A stretch of DNA of 48,957 bases from the NCBI GenBank assembly GCA_027858615.1, contig JAQICJ010000214.1, positions 1 to 48,957 on the forward strand, given 5' to 3'. The notes beneath the pieces were generated by a model that worked only from the letters and a program-made list of their open reading frames with translations, searched no databases and was not told where the DNA came from. Below are positions 39,440 through 48,957 of the stretch, in pieces (position 1 is the stretch's first letter; the number at the start of each line of letters is the position of its first letter). Origin of the DNA: Deltaproteobacteria bacterium (GTDB lineage: Bacteria > Myxococcota_A > Polyangia > HGW-17). Position numbers and translations under genes: made by a program.

Positions 39440-40560
39440 TTGTTGCATCTTTTTTGTTCAAACCCTTCTTTCAAAAGTAATTGTTCCACATTCTGGTCAG
39501 GATGCAAATCTTTCAGGTTGATTACTTCCATTTTAAAAGTGTTCCCTGTCTTTTTGTCTCCATCGAATTTTTGCAAAACAACACCGGTTTGTTGCAACTC
39601 TCTTTTGATTGCCTTTCTTCTTTTCCAGAAAATCTCTCTTCTTTGTTTCTGAAGTTTGCCATTGAGAATACGGTTCAAATTATTCAGCCCCTTCGTCAGC
39701 CGCTTTTGCTTTTGTAAATATCTTTCTTTTTCATTTAAAAACAAAAAAGGTACCCGGGAATATTTTAAGGAAAATGTAAACTTGAAAACTGAAGAAAACC
39801 CTCCTGATGTTCTGAAAACCCAAGTATCCCCCAGTTTATACTGTAACTGGGCTTTGCCTGTTTTTCCGGTCAAAAACACAAGATCCGGAGGTGAATCAAA
39901 TTTTTCAAGAAGTTGATCGAGTTTTTTTCGTTCCATTGAGAAACAGGCAATAATCAATTGGGGTTTTCTGGCTTTGATTTTTTTGACAACCCGTTTCCAT
40001 ATTTCCGGCAAGTAAGCTCCCCCTTTTGAACTTCCGGGTATTAAACTGACCAGAGCAATTTTCAACTCACCTTCTTGAAAAATTCGAAAGGATTTCTGCA
40101 GATCTGACAGTTGCAATTGCAAAAGCCCGGGGCTGGACTTGACTTCTATTTTTTCGGCCTCCGGAGAAGCGAGCAAAGCCAGTTCACTTTGTCCGGGAAC
40201 AAATAAATCAACCCCGTATTTATCCATATACTCTAGTAATTTTAGATATTTAGGAATACTGAAAGCAGGTTTTTTCGGTTTAACAACCAGTGAATCGCCC
40301 CCGATCACAACTTTTGATGATTGTTTTAAATCTTGGATTTTCCCCAGATAAGACAACAAGGATGCAAAACCACTTTGACCACTGCAGGTTCCTGGCCAGA
40401 TTACTCCCTGACCTCCTCCACTCCAGATCAATTTCAAGGTGGAATCAGGTTGTTTTCCGATTGTTGTTTCTTCAGTTTCTGTTTTACTTTGCTTGCGACA
40501 ACCGAGTAAAAAAATTATCAGAAACAAAATCGGACCAAATTTTGTAATTATTATTTTCAT
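39436..40560 (-). CDS. Lipoprotein with a degenerate UshA/5'-nucleotidase-like fold
   Basis: Lipobox LLGC; IGGDSL, DLFVPGQSELA, DLVFLTG; usual metal-ligand residues not evident. Confidence 0.5.
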   Translation of the reverse strand: MKIIITKFGPILFLIIFLLGCRKQSKTETEETTIGKQPDSTLKLIWSGGGQGVIWPGTCSGQSGFASLLSYLGKIQDLKQSSKVVIGGDSLVVKPKKPAFSIPKYLKLLEYMDKYGVDLFVPGQSELALLASPEAEKIEVKSSPGLLQLQLSDLQKSFRIFQEGELKIALVSLIPGSSKGGAYLPEIWKRVVKKIKARKPQLIIACFSMERKKLDQLLEKFDSPPDLVFLTGKTGKAQLQYKLGDTWVFRTSGGFSSVFKFTFSLKYSRVPFLFLNEKERYLQKQKRLTKGLNNLNRILNGKLQKQRREIFWKRRKAIKRELQQTGVVLQKFDGDKKTGNTFKMEVINLKDLHPDQNVEQLLLKEGFEQKRCNK

Positions 40561-40563
40561 CCT

Positions 40564-41160
40564 TCATTTCCCCATGAAATCGAGAACCAGACTGCTCCAA
40601 TTTTCAAAATTAATTTCATTTCTGGAACTTATTAGCTCTTCAAAATTGCGAAATTCACCTTGTAGAACTTTTTCTTCACCTATTTTGACCTTTTCATCAG
40701 TCTCAAGATTTACCTGCAAAACTACACCGGTATGAACAGTACCAACTTCATTGGATTCATCGTTAAGCAACCCCAGAATCTCAAATCTGTCTGCTGGTAT
40801 CTCCAGACTTATCTCTTCAAGTAATTCCCTTTTTGCTCCAGCCAGAACAATATTATCATCTTTGTCTTCACTTAATTCAACTGGATTGATATGACCACCA
40901 ACTCCCACTGAATATAGATTGTGCAGTCTCTTTTCTCCTCCCCCTTTCAGACGTTTGAACAAAAAGCATTCTTTTCCGCGGCGAACAACAACATAGGGAA
41001 TCAACTGTTTGAACTGGGGATCTCGCTCAGCTTGTCTTCTTTCAATGAAAAAACCTTCAGACTGGAGATTTTCAAAATTTTCCCGGGAAAGTTTGTCAAC
41101 TCTGTTACGGGGTAATATTTTCTCGAATTGTTCTCTTTTGACTACATAAACAAATTCCAT
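40564..41160 (-). CDS. Nudix phosphoesterase (YmaB/COG4112-like)
   Basis: AERDPQFKQLIPY, EKRLH, SVGVGGHIN, RELLEE, VGTVHTG. Confidence 0.88.
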   Translation of the reverse strand: MEFVYVVKREQFEKILPRNRVDKLSRENFENLQSEGFFIERRQAERDPQFKQLIPYVVVRRGKECFLFKRLKGGGEKRLHNLYSVGVGGHINPVELSEDKDDNIVLAGAKRELLEEISLEIPADRFEILGLLNDESNEVGTVHTGVVLQVNLETDEKVKIGEEKVLQGEFRNFEELISSRNEINFENWSSLVLDFMGK

Positions 41161-41170
41161 TATTTTCCTT

Positions 41171-41554
41171 TCAACTTAACTTTTCAATTATCTCCGAGGG
41201 AAGTTCAATGGCTTCCCGTTTTTCCATATCAATAAAAACAATTGTTGCCAATGCTTTGCACACCATATCCTTCTCATCATTGTATATTTTCTGCTCAAGA
41301 GTGAAAGATTTTCCTCCTCTTTTGGCAAACAAAGTCTGGATCTTGATCCTGTCCCTGAAGTACAACTCCTTCAAAAAGGAAACGTTGATTCCAACCAGAG
41401 CAGGGCCTTTTCCTTTTTCCAGAAAAGAGTCAAAATCCATACCTAGTTTTTCAGCCCAGTCCCAGCGGGCCCATTCCAAATATTCCAGATAAACGGCATT
41501 GTTAACATGACCGAATTTATCAAGGTGAGTGGATTCAACTTTTATTTCATACAT
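41171..41554 (-). CDS. Acyl-CoA thioesterase (YbgC/FadM hotdog family)
   Basis: LDKFGHVNNAVYLEYLEWAR; AGGAG before ATG 41554. Confidence 0.92.
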   Translation of the reverse strand: MYEIKVESTHLDKFGHVNNAVYLEYLEWARWDWAEKLGMDFDSFLEKGKGPALVGINVSFLKELYFRDRIKIQTLFAKRGGKSFTLEQKIYNDEKDMVCKALATIVFIDMEKREAIELPSEIIEKLS

Positions 41555-41648
41555 ATTTGGCTCCTGATAAAACACTTGACAGTTCAACCCTGTAAACAAA
41601 CAAGAAAAAACTTAACTACCTGTTGGAATTTATGTTAAATCAAAACAC

Positions 41649-43244
41649 ATGAAACAAGTATTTTTTCTTTCGATAATATTATTTGCAAGTGGATGCTTCC
41701 GAGCATCTCCCCAAAAACCAGAAAAAAAAAGTTGCAAGGGTGAATTTTCCTGGCCGAATCACCAGAAGCTTTTCACCCGTTTTGCCAATGATCGCAACTA
41801 CATGCATCGTTTTTTACATAACGGGGATGAACTATGGCCTAAACAAGCAAATCTTTGTGCCCTGGGAAGAAATTCTTTGGTAGATTTGGCTTTGGGTGCC
41901 GGAACCAGCCATGATCTGGGATTGAAAGGCTCAGCCTGGAGGGCTCACTATCTAACCATCGCCTGGACAAATGACTTCAAACGACTTTCAGATCCGCTCA
42001 AAGGCTCAAGACTTATTTACTCCTGGCCTCTGATTTCGTCAACCCTCTTTTACAGACTGCTGACAACTCAGAAATTCATCAACGGAAAAATAAAAAAAAT
42101 CCCTGATTTCCTCAAACTGTCGGTCAGTTCTCGAAAAAATGCCAGAATTCAGTGGAACCTCAGTAACTCAGCTTCAATTACCAGACATTGGGCACGTCGC
42201 TTGAGAGGTGCCTGGCTTCATAAAATTTTCATCTCTCTCCAGCATAGCGGGATTAAAATAAAATTAACAGATTTTGATTCTTCAACTTCTATTCTGAAAT
42301 TCAAACAAAAATTTGATCAACTTTCCGAACAGAAAAAAGAAAAAATGCTCCTTGAATTGGCCCAGCAGCTTCAACAACAACTCAAAGACAGAAAACTGCT
42401 TTTTCCTTCAGAAGAGATGCAACAAAAACTGGAAAAACTGCTGTATACAAAACTGGAAAAATATGAAAAAAAACTCTCACCCTGGCAATTGCTGGAAATC
42501 GGGAAAAAAACGCAGGATCCTGATTTGCAAACCAGGGTCAGAGAGATCAACTACATACTGCACGGTGATCCTCGCCTGAAACCAAAACCCCAATGGAAAG
42601 AAAAACACCGGGAATATCTGGAGTTGAAAGCACAAACAAAAAAATGGATGCAATATTTGAAAAAAATGGTTCTTTCCGAAAAAATTCAACAAAAAGTATT
42701 AACTCTCTCCAGAAAAGAAAAACTCCTGCTCAGTGGAAACTATTTCTTTGAAACATCACATCTTGCAGAAACAACCACAGGTTTTACCCATGCCGGCATG
42801 GTACTCTTCCTCAATAAAAAAAAGCAACCCTGGCTTTTTGATCGAGTTCTGGGCTTTTATTATGCAAATCCTTTGAAAACAATGAAACACAGCGCTATCG
42901 TGGAATTGGTGAAACCTGCCCCTACTATTGTCAACAAAGAAAAGAGATATGCTCTGCTACCCTACCGGGTTAAATCAGTTTTCAAATTCAAAAGAGGCTC
43001 CAGCAATCGGGTTTCCTGGAAAAATATATATACTGACTTCAAAAAGGAATTAACTCCTGCTTATAAACTTGGAGCTGGAATAATCTGGGGAATCATGAAT
43101 CTTTTGCCTAATTTCAAAAAGAATTCTCCCCTGCTTTATCCCCTTTATGAAACTAAAAAATTGGGAAAATACTCTTATTTGGACTTCAAATCCTTACAGA
43201 GTCTGAAAAATAAGACTATTTATCTGGTTGCCCGCTGCCGTTAA
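41649..43244 (+). CDS. Hypothetical basic lipoprotein
   Basis: 531-aa ORF with lipobox ASGC. Confidence 0.78.
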   Translation: MKQVFFLSIILFASGCFRASPQKPEKKSCKGEFSWPNHQKLFTRFANDRNYMHRFLHNGDELWPKQANLCALGRNSLVDLALGAGTSHDLGLKGSAWRAHYLTIAWTNDFKRLSDPLKGSRLIYSWPLISSTLFYRLLTTQKFINGKIKKIPDFLKLSVSSRKNARIQWNLSNSASITRHWARRLRGAWLHKIFISLQHSGIKIKLTDFDSSTSILKFKQKFDQLSEQKKEKMLLELAQQLQQQLKDRKLLFPSEEMQQKLEKLLYTKLEKYEKKLSPWQLLEIGKKTQDPDLQTRVREINYILHGDPRLKPKPQWKEKHREYLELKAQTKKWMQYLKKMVLSEKIQQKVLTLSRKEKLLLSGNYFFETSHLAETTTGFTHAGMVLFLNKKKQPWLFDRVLGFYYANPLKTMKHSAIVELVKPAPTIVNKEKRYALLPYRVKSVFKFKRGSSNRVSWKNIYTDFKKELTPAYKLGAGIIWGIMNLLPNFKKNSPLLYPLYETKKLGKYSYLDFKSLQSLKNKTIYLVARCR

Positions 43245-43296
43245 TGACAATTTTGGAAAAGTGTTCTATTACCTCGTTCGAACCTATTGTTCTGGT

Positions 43297-45036
43297 TCAA
43301 TTAAAACTCAAAGAAGCCTGTTCTTTACTGACACTGGTCTTTACGTTTTTCGGCAACTTCTTGGTGTAAACAATGGCTCTAGCGCCCTTCTTGGTAGTGA
43401 GAATCTTAATCTTGCGAATCTGTTTGTTTCCAACTTTATGATATCCTTTGGCCAATAGAAATTTGGCACCTTTGACATCAAAAACAACTCCCGCCGGATT
43501 TGCCAGCAAATAAAAACTTGTATCACTACTTTTTTTATCAAGAGTCAATGACAGATTGACCAACCTGCCCTTCTGAGAAACCTGTAAAGCTTTTTGGCCT
43601 GTAATTTTTGCTGTTTCTCCCGCTGGTTCTTTTGGGGAATTGCTTTTTTCTTCACTGCTTTTTTTCTCCTGTTTAGCAATTTTGTAGGTTTCTTTCTTCT
43701 TTTCTACTTCAATCCCCTGCAGCTCATGAGGTTCTCCCCTGCAAACAGTATCAATATTTTTTTGTTTGAAAGGCGGAGAAGCCATTTTATCGGGATTTGA
43801 ACCTACAGTTGCCCTGAAGTTCTGATGGACTTTCTTTTCACTTTTTCCAAATAATTTAATTCCCACCACTATGATGGCAATTACACCCAATCCCAGCAAA
43901 GCAAGCTTTATAATTCGGGGGTAAGCTCCATTTTCTTCCGAAAAAATAGGATAAGTATCGGAGTTTTCCTGGGGCGGGGGTGGATAAGCACTGTACACTC
44001 GCTTTAATTCCCTGCTTATTCGCTTGTTTTTACCCACTTCATCCTTCAAAAGAGCTTGATTAATTTGGCGGGGATAAGCAGGTTCAACTTCTTCAACCTG
44101 GGGTAGCGGATATCTTTCCTGTGATTGGTTTTCGGATATTGTTTCCTGGGGAGGAGGTAGAGGAAGGTCACTTACAGAATTTATTTTTTCTGAAACATTA
44201 TTGTCAAACTGGAATGAATTTCCGCTGGCCAGTGGTCTGGTCACCCCCGGATTGTTTTCAACTTTACTCTCAGCCAGAACTTCCAGATTTTCATCTTCAA
44301 GGTCATCTATTTCGATAATTGCTTCCTTGGTGGCTTTAGAGGTTGAAATTTCCAAAGGCCCTGTAATTTTACGGGCATTATTTTCCCCCCAGGAACTCAA
44401 AGACAATTCGATCCCCATTTTTATTCCGGGAACACCATTAGTCTGTTCAAAACTGAGCCAGGAAATCTTGCCTTTTTCCAGAAAAGACCCGTCGGCCATC
44501 TCAGCCTGAATATTTTTTCCTTTTTTTAAAAAAGGCAAGGCTACTGTAGCCACCATAAAAGAAGAAGAATAACCATTCAGCCCAGCTTTGATTCCGGGCA
44601 TATTTTCCATCTTCAAAGATAATCTTGGTGGATCAAGTGCCATGGCATCTTCAGGGAGTCGATTGAATTTTTGAAAATATTCAGCATTGGTATTATGAAC
44701 AGCAATTATTTTTCTGATCCTCAAAGCTTCTTCTTCTTGAAGATCCAAAAACCTGATCCCCATCCCAGCTGGAGGATCGCAATGGAGTGAACCATTTCTG
44801 ATCCAGGCAACAACACCTTCACTCATAACAGGTTCGGGAGAATCTCCCAGATGAAAAACACATTGAACCCTGGTACCAACGGGAGAAGGATAGGCCGTTT
44901 GAACAAAGATGCCGCCCTCACTGAGATCAAGCATGGAAAGAACCCTTGAGGGTCTTCCGTCGGAATGTTTGCACTCAACTGCCGCAACCAAAGGTACTCT
45001 TTGTGAATTGTTTTCTTTTTCTTTTGTCACAGCCAT
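43297..45036 (-). CDS. PilZ domain - TM - AMIN-like domain protein
   Basis: DLSEGGIFV, GVVAWIR, GMGIRFL; one TM helix; YLLANPAGVVFDV; GGAGG before ATG 45036. Confidence 0.8.
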   Translation of the reverse strand: MAVTKEKENNSQRVPLVAAVECKHSDGRPSRVLSMLDLSEGGIFVQTAYPSPVGTRVQCVFHLGDSPEPVMSEGVVAWIRNGSLHCDPPAGMGIRFLDLQEEEALRIRKIIAVHNTNAEYFQKFNRLPEDAMALDPPRLSLKMENMPGIKAGLNGYSSSFMVATVALPFLKKGKNIQAEMADGSFLEKGKISWLSFEQTNGVPGIKMGIELSLSSWGENNARKITGPLEISTSKATKEAIIEIDDLEDENLEVLAESKVENNPGVTRPLASGNSFQFDNNVSEKINSVSDLPLPPPQETISENQSQERYPLPQVEEVEPAYPRQINQALLKDEVGKNKRISRELKRVYSAYPPPPQENSDTYPIFSEENGAYPRIIKLALLGLGVIAIIVVGIKLFGKSEKKVHQNFRATVGSNPDKMASPPFKQKNIDTVCRGEPHELQGIEVEKKKETYKIAKQEKKSSEEKSNSPKEPAGETAKITGQKALQVSQKGRLVNLSLTLDKKSSDTSFYLLANPAGVVFDVKGAKFLLAKGYHKVGNKQIRKIKILTTKKGARAIVYTKKLPKNVKTSVSKEQASLSFN

Positions 45037-45114
45037 ATTATTTTCCTCCAATTTATTGCTAACACAGGAAAATCAAAAAAGCCAAAAATCACCAAAAATA
45101 TGCAATTTTAGATT

Positions 45115-45141
45115 TATTTACAGCTATTTACAGCTATTTAC
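45115..45141. repeat. Tandem repeat (TATTTACAGC)x2.7
   Basis: Read directly, upstream of the PilZ-AMIN gene. Confidence 0.8.
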
Positions 45142-45183
45142 TTACCCTTTTTGAATTTTTGTAAGATTTGGTTAAGGGTTGAA

Positions 45184-45717
45184 CTATTCAGTTCCCGTTT
45201 CAGTGGAATCTTTGGTTACCGGAGTTGGGGTCTTTGAAGTTGAGGCTTTGTCTTTTTCGGCTACCGGCGAGGGACTGTTGCTGTTTTGTTTTTGAGGTTC
45301 ATCTTCACCTTTGACACATGAAACCAGTTGTTCGTCGGTTTTATCTTCCAAAACACATTTTACGCATTTTTTGAATTCACGTTTTTCGAAGGTTTTGCAT
45401 TTTTCATTGACTTCAGAGGTGCGAGCCAACTTGTCTTGGGCAAAAACCCCAACTTTGGCGCTGAATTCCAGACATTCCTTGAATTGATCACAGGAAGAGA
45501 AAACTTTGGCACAATTGACCGTTCCCTGAGTGTAACTCTTTTCAAAAGTTTTGCGACATAGCCTGATCTGCATCTTTTTTTTGCTTCCATAACCGGGAAG
45601 ACATTTGTTGATTTGACTATAAGCTTTTTCACAAGCTTTTTCTTTGGCATCGGTGCAGGAAAAACCTGCAAATAACAGGACACCGGCAAATAACATGGTT
45701 AAATGGCTGGTTTTCAT
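45184..45717 (-). CDS. Small Cys-rich helical lipoprotein with S/T/P-rich tail
   Basis: Lipobox GFSC; 10 further Cys. Confidence 0.8.
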   Translation of the reverse strand: MKTSHLTMLFAGVLLFAGFSCTDAKEKACEKAYSQINKCLPGYGSKKKMQIRLCRKTFEKSYTQGTVNCAKVFSSCDQFKECLEFSAKVGVFAQDKLARTSEVNEKCKTFEKREFKKCVKCVLEDKTDEQLVSCVKGEDEPQKQNSNSPSPVAEKDKASTSKTPTPVTKDSTETGTE

Positions 45718-45869
45718 TCTTCTCTCAAAAACAAATTACTTTTGATTAAGTACAAATCATCAATTTATATAGTGAATTATCCAAATTATGGTTAACCCGC
45801 ATCAGGATAGTTCAATTTGGATTATGTAGAATCAGAGATAACAACTTGAAAAAATCATAAAACAGATAC

Positions 45870-45942
45870 ATAAAGTTGCTTCTTGCCTGTATAATCAGAA
45901 ACTTCTTCCTCAGTAAAAACCCAATTGAGAAACAGTAACTGA
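45870..45942 (-). mobile_element. Eroded MITE remnant
   Basis: AAGTTGCTTCTTGC...AAACTTCTTCCTCAGTAAAAACCC versus copy 1 AAGTTACTTCGTGC...AAACTTCTCATTCAGTCAAAAACCC. Confidence 0.55.
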
Positions 45943-46133
45943 TAAAAACCTATATTAAAATCAGTTTTTTTCAAGAAAAATAAATACACCCCGTCGAAGT
46001 AATATTATCAAAAAAGTGAGAATTATTCTCAGAAAGAGATCTGAAGAATTTGCAAATTATTATAAAAAGACTAAAATCTCAGTGAAGAAATTAATAATCG
46101 GTCTTGTAAAATCACACCAAAATTTGGGATCAT

Positions 46134-46568
46134 ATGGAAGAAATTAACAATCTCATCAGTAACAAATTATGGAACCAAGCTCTTGATTTACTTAAAGAAA
46201 AACTTGAAGCGAATCTGGATATCCCGGAAAAAATTAAAATTCTGAATACAATGGGCTTTGTAAATTACCAGTTGGGCCAATACGAAACTGCTCTGGAAAT
46301 TTGCCAGAGTGTTCTGGAGCTTGACCCGAAACATGCTTACGGGCATAAAGCCATGGGGACAATCCTGGCCAAAATTGGGAAAACAACTGAAGGAATCAAA
46401 CACCTGCTCACTTCAATCAAGCTGGCTCCTTCATTTTTTGATGCCTATCACGACCTGGCTTTGATTCTGATCAAAAACAAACGTCATGCAGAAGCTAAAA
46501 AGTGGGCCCAGCGAGCCTATCAACTCGATCCAATTCGAGGTGAGAAACTGGTGAAAAATTTTTATTGA
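46134..46568 (+). CDS. TPR repeat protein
   Basis: About three TPR units (GQYETALEICQSVLELDP, AYQLDP). Confidence 0.88.
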   Translation: MEEINNLISNKLWNQALDLLKEKLEANLDIPEKIKILNTMGFVNYQLGQYETALEICQSVLELDPKHAYGHKAMGTILAKIGKTTEGIKHLLTSIKLAPSFFDAYHDLALILIKNKRHAEAKKWAQRAYQLDPIRGEKLVKNFY

Positions 46569-46621
46569 ATCTGAAAATGAAATTGGATTGGAAAGTGGGG
46601 AACAGCTTTGCAAACTAAGGT

Positions 46622-48957
46622 TTACTGCAATAAAATATCTTCGGGATTATTGTTTGCAGGAGATTTTGAACCATCATCAGGTTCAATTTCAGGTTCGATT
46701 TCAGGAAGGGGAGGCTCGGTTCCTTCCTGAAAATATTCTTTTATGGCACCTGATGTTCCGGGATGTACACCTTTTCCTGTTTTTGGATCGATCAATCGAG
46801 TTACTATTCCGGAAACAGGCTTGACTGTTTTAAAAGGATACCCCGGAAGAGATTTTATCATCTCCATAAAAATGGGAAGTGCTGTCTTTCCACCATATTC
46901 ATGTTTGCCCAAAGATTTGTGATCGTCAAAACCCACATATACACCGCAGACATAATCCGAAGTAAATCCCATGAACCAGGTATCCTTGGCCAAGTTAGTA
47001 GTTCCGGTTTTTCCTGCTACAAAACCCTTCAATTTTTTTGCTCTCCAGGCAGTTCCTTTTTTAACAACAGATCGCAGCAAGGAAGTCATCAGCCAGGCAG
47101 TTTGTCTGGTAAGAACTCTTTTGCCGGAATCGGCCGGCATGATTTCATTTCCCAGCTTTTTGATCAAACGGGGGGATCGATAAATACCCAAAGTTGGAAA
47201 AATTGTAAAGGCTGAAGTTAATTGGTACAAAGTTACTTCCGAGGAACCCAGAGCCAAACTTAAATCTTTGTGCAAAGGGGTCTTGACTCCGGCATTGCGA
47301 ACCAATTGTATTACCTTTTCAACACCGGTTTTTTTAAGAAGATGAACAGAAATACTATTAATGGATTTAGTCAGAGCGGTTCTAAAAGTAACCCGGCCGT
47401 AGAATTTGCCATGATTGCGGGGTATCCATTTCTGATAAACCTCGGGACCGTCATTGAGCATGGTAGCCGGAGTAAATTCTTTTGATTCCAGTGCTGTTGC
47501 ATAAATAAAAGGTTTGAACGAAGACCCTGGTTGTCTGAGGGCTGAAAGAGCCCGGTTGAAATCACCCATTTTCATGTGCATTCCCCCCACCATGGCCAAA
47601 ACATCTCCTGAGTCAACTTTAATCAACACCAAAGCCGCCTGGGGACCAAGCTTGACTCTCAAACGCAGAGGATAATCCTTGAATCCGCTTTTTCCCGCTA
47701 AAATAGAAACTCTGAATTCATCACCTGGCCTGATATACTTTTTGCTTTTTTTCTGATTTTTATATTTTACATTCCATTCATATCCTTCTGGGTAATACCT
47801 CTCCATTCCTTCTACAACAATTCCTTTGGATTTACCCAAATCGACAACTATCTTTCCCTTATGACGTCCATCAACCAGTCCCTTGTAAATTTTACCTGAC
47901 TGGAGCTTTACTTTTCCGGCAAGTTTCTTCAAATACTGCTTCTTTTTTTTGTTGGAAAAATGATGTTTGAGAGAGATAACCGACTGGCGCTTGTCATAAG
48001 CCTGCAAACCTTTTTCAACAGCTTTAACCGCCATATTCTGCAAATCAAGATCTATGGTTGTAGTAACTGAACTGGAACGGGGATCCAGATTTTTGTCTTT
48101 GATATATTGAGAAACAAAAGTTGAAATTCCGGGAGTTAGATCCCTGGTTGCGCTTTTTTGAATAATTTCTTTGAGTTTTTGTTTTTTCAACTTATCAGCT
48201 GTGGCAGTTGAAACAAAACCATTATTTACCATCTGGGTTAATACATAGTTCTGGCGTTGCTTGGCCCGCTTGGGGTGATTTAAAGGGCTGTTCAGCATGG
48301 GTCCTTTGGGCAAACCTGCCAAAAGAGCCGCCTGGGCCAAATTTATTTCCCAGGCATGTTTGTCAAAGAAAAAACGGGAAGCTTCTTCGACTCCGTATCT
48401 GCCATGGCCAAAATAGATCTCATTGAGATAAAGATGAAGAATTTTGCTTTTGGAAAGAGTTGCTTCCAATCGCCGTGCCAGTATAACTTCCTGAAATTTC
48501 CTTTTCAGAGTCCTTTCAGGAGTCAGCAGCAATCTTTTGACAACCTGCTGGGTAATTGTGGAACCGCCCTGTTTATACCTGCCCGCCCACATATTGACCC
48601 AGAAAGCGCGAATCATTCCGAAGTAATTAAGTCCCTGGTGTTTGAAAAAGGTGGAATCTTCGGCTGCTATTACAGCCTGAATAATATTTTTGGGTATTTT
48701 TTCCCAAGGGATTATTGTTCTTTTAATCTTCCCCAGACTTCCGATTAATTTTCCCTTGCGATCATAGATCATGACCTGTTGTTCCGGCTGGTAATTCTGG
48801 AGGGAATCAACAGAAGGCAGATCTGTTTCATAACTGTAATAAACAAAAAAACAGAAAATTATCAAAATTCCCAGAGCAATCAACCCAGCCAGACTCAAAC
48901 CGCCATAAAGTGCTGTTTTTTTATAGAAACTGAAAGATTTCCAGATTGAAGAGCCTT
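46622..48957 (-). CDS. mrcA: Class A penicillin-binding protein 1A, 5' end probably outside the window
   Basis: AEDSTFFKHQG, GGSTITQQ, RKFQE, SSFK, SIN, KTG; frame is open upstream of 48898 to the window edge. Confidence 0.95.
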   Translation of the reverse strand, partial: GSSIWKSFSFYKKTALYGGLSLAGLIALGILIIFCFFVYYSYETDLPSVDSLQNYQPEQQVMIYDRKGKLIGSLGKIKRTIIPWEKIPKNIIQAVIAAEDSTFFKHQGLNYFGMIRAFWVNMWAGRYKQGGSTITQQVVKRLLLTPERTLKRKFQEVILARRLEATLSKSKILHLYLNEIYFGHGRYGVEEASRFFFDKHAWEINLAQAALLAGLPKGPMLNSPLNHPKRAKQRQNYVLTQMVNNGFVSTATADKLKKQKLKEIIQKSATRDLTPGISTFVSQYIKDKNLDPRSSSVTTTIDLDLQNMAVKAVEKGLQAYDKRQSVISLKHHFSNKKKKQYLKKLAGKVKLQSGKIYKGLVDGRHKGKIVVDLGKSKGIVVEGMERYYPEGYEWNVKYKNQKKSKKYIRPGDEFRVSILAGKSGFKDYPLRLRVKLGPQAALVLIKVDSGDVLAMVGGMHMKMGDFNRALSALRQPGSSFKPFIYATALESKEFTPATMLNDGPEVYQKWIPRNHGKFYGRVTFRTALTKSINSISVHLLKKTGVEKVIQLVRNAGVKTPLHKDLSLALGSSEVTLYQLTSAFTIFPTLGIYRSPRLIKKLGNEIMPADSGKRVLTRQTAWLMTSLLRSVVKKGTAWRAKKLKGFVAGKTGTTNLAKDTWFMGFTSDYVCGVYVGFDDHKSLGKHEYGGKTALPIFMEMIKSLPGYPFKTVKPVSGIVTRLIDPKTGKGVHPGTSGAIKEYFQEGTEPPLPEIEPEIEPDDGSKSPANNNPEDILLQ

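Noticed and set aside
42770-42810. GFTHAGM as a permuted NlpC/P60 catalytic His motif
   Set aside because: No downstream catalytic Cys motif found, so the gene is left as hypothetical
45189-45203. 15-mer CAGTTCCCGTTTCAG identical to the element end at 24494
   Set aside because: Lies in the last codons of a CDS with no further alignment; a few such matches are expected by chance

Overview
AT-rich (by eye roughly 35-40% GC) bacterial chromosome segment with about 43 genes. It holds housekeeping clusters (glgP; rimP-nusA-infB; rsfS-rlmH; hprK-rapZ-ptsH-ptsI; plsC; xseA; a 5'-truncated PBP1A) and many lipoproteins. The myxobacterial-type NusA insert, CGNG..GExCD repeats and PilZ proteins suggest a low-GC Myxococcota/deltaproteobacterial lineage (inference). 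I found no rRNA, tRNA or CRISPR array. Highlights: (1) a ~165-bp TA-bounded, fully hairpin-forming MITE-like family with 2 intact and about 4 eroded copies; (2) an in-frame TGA in hprK 31 codons before its apparent true stop; (3) a membrane-anchored thermonuclease lacking catalytic residues, coupled to a K+ channel; (4) a 56-Cys repeat lipoprotein with paired Cys losses, divergent from a CxxC lipoprotein; (5) a chimeric transposase remnant, a pseudo-Fic protein and a PilZ-TM-AMIN protein. Family names come from motif recognition, not database searches.
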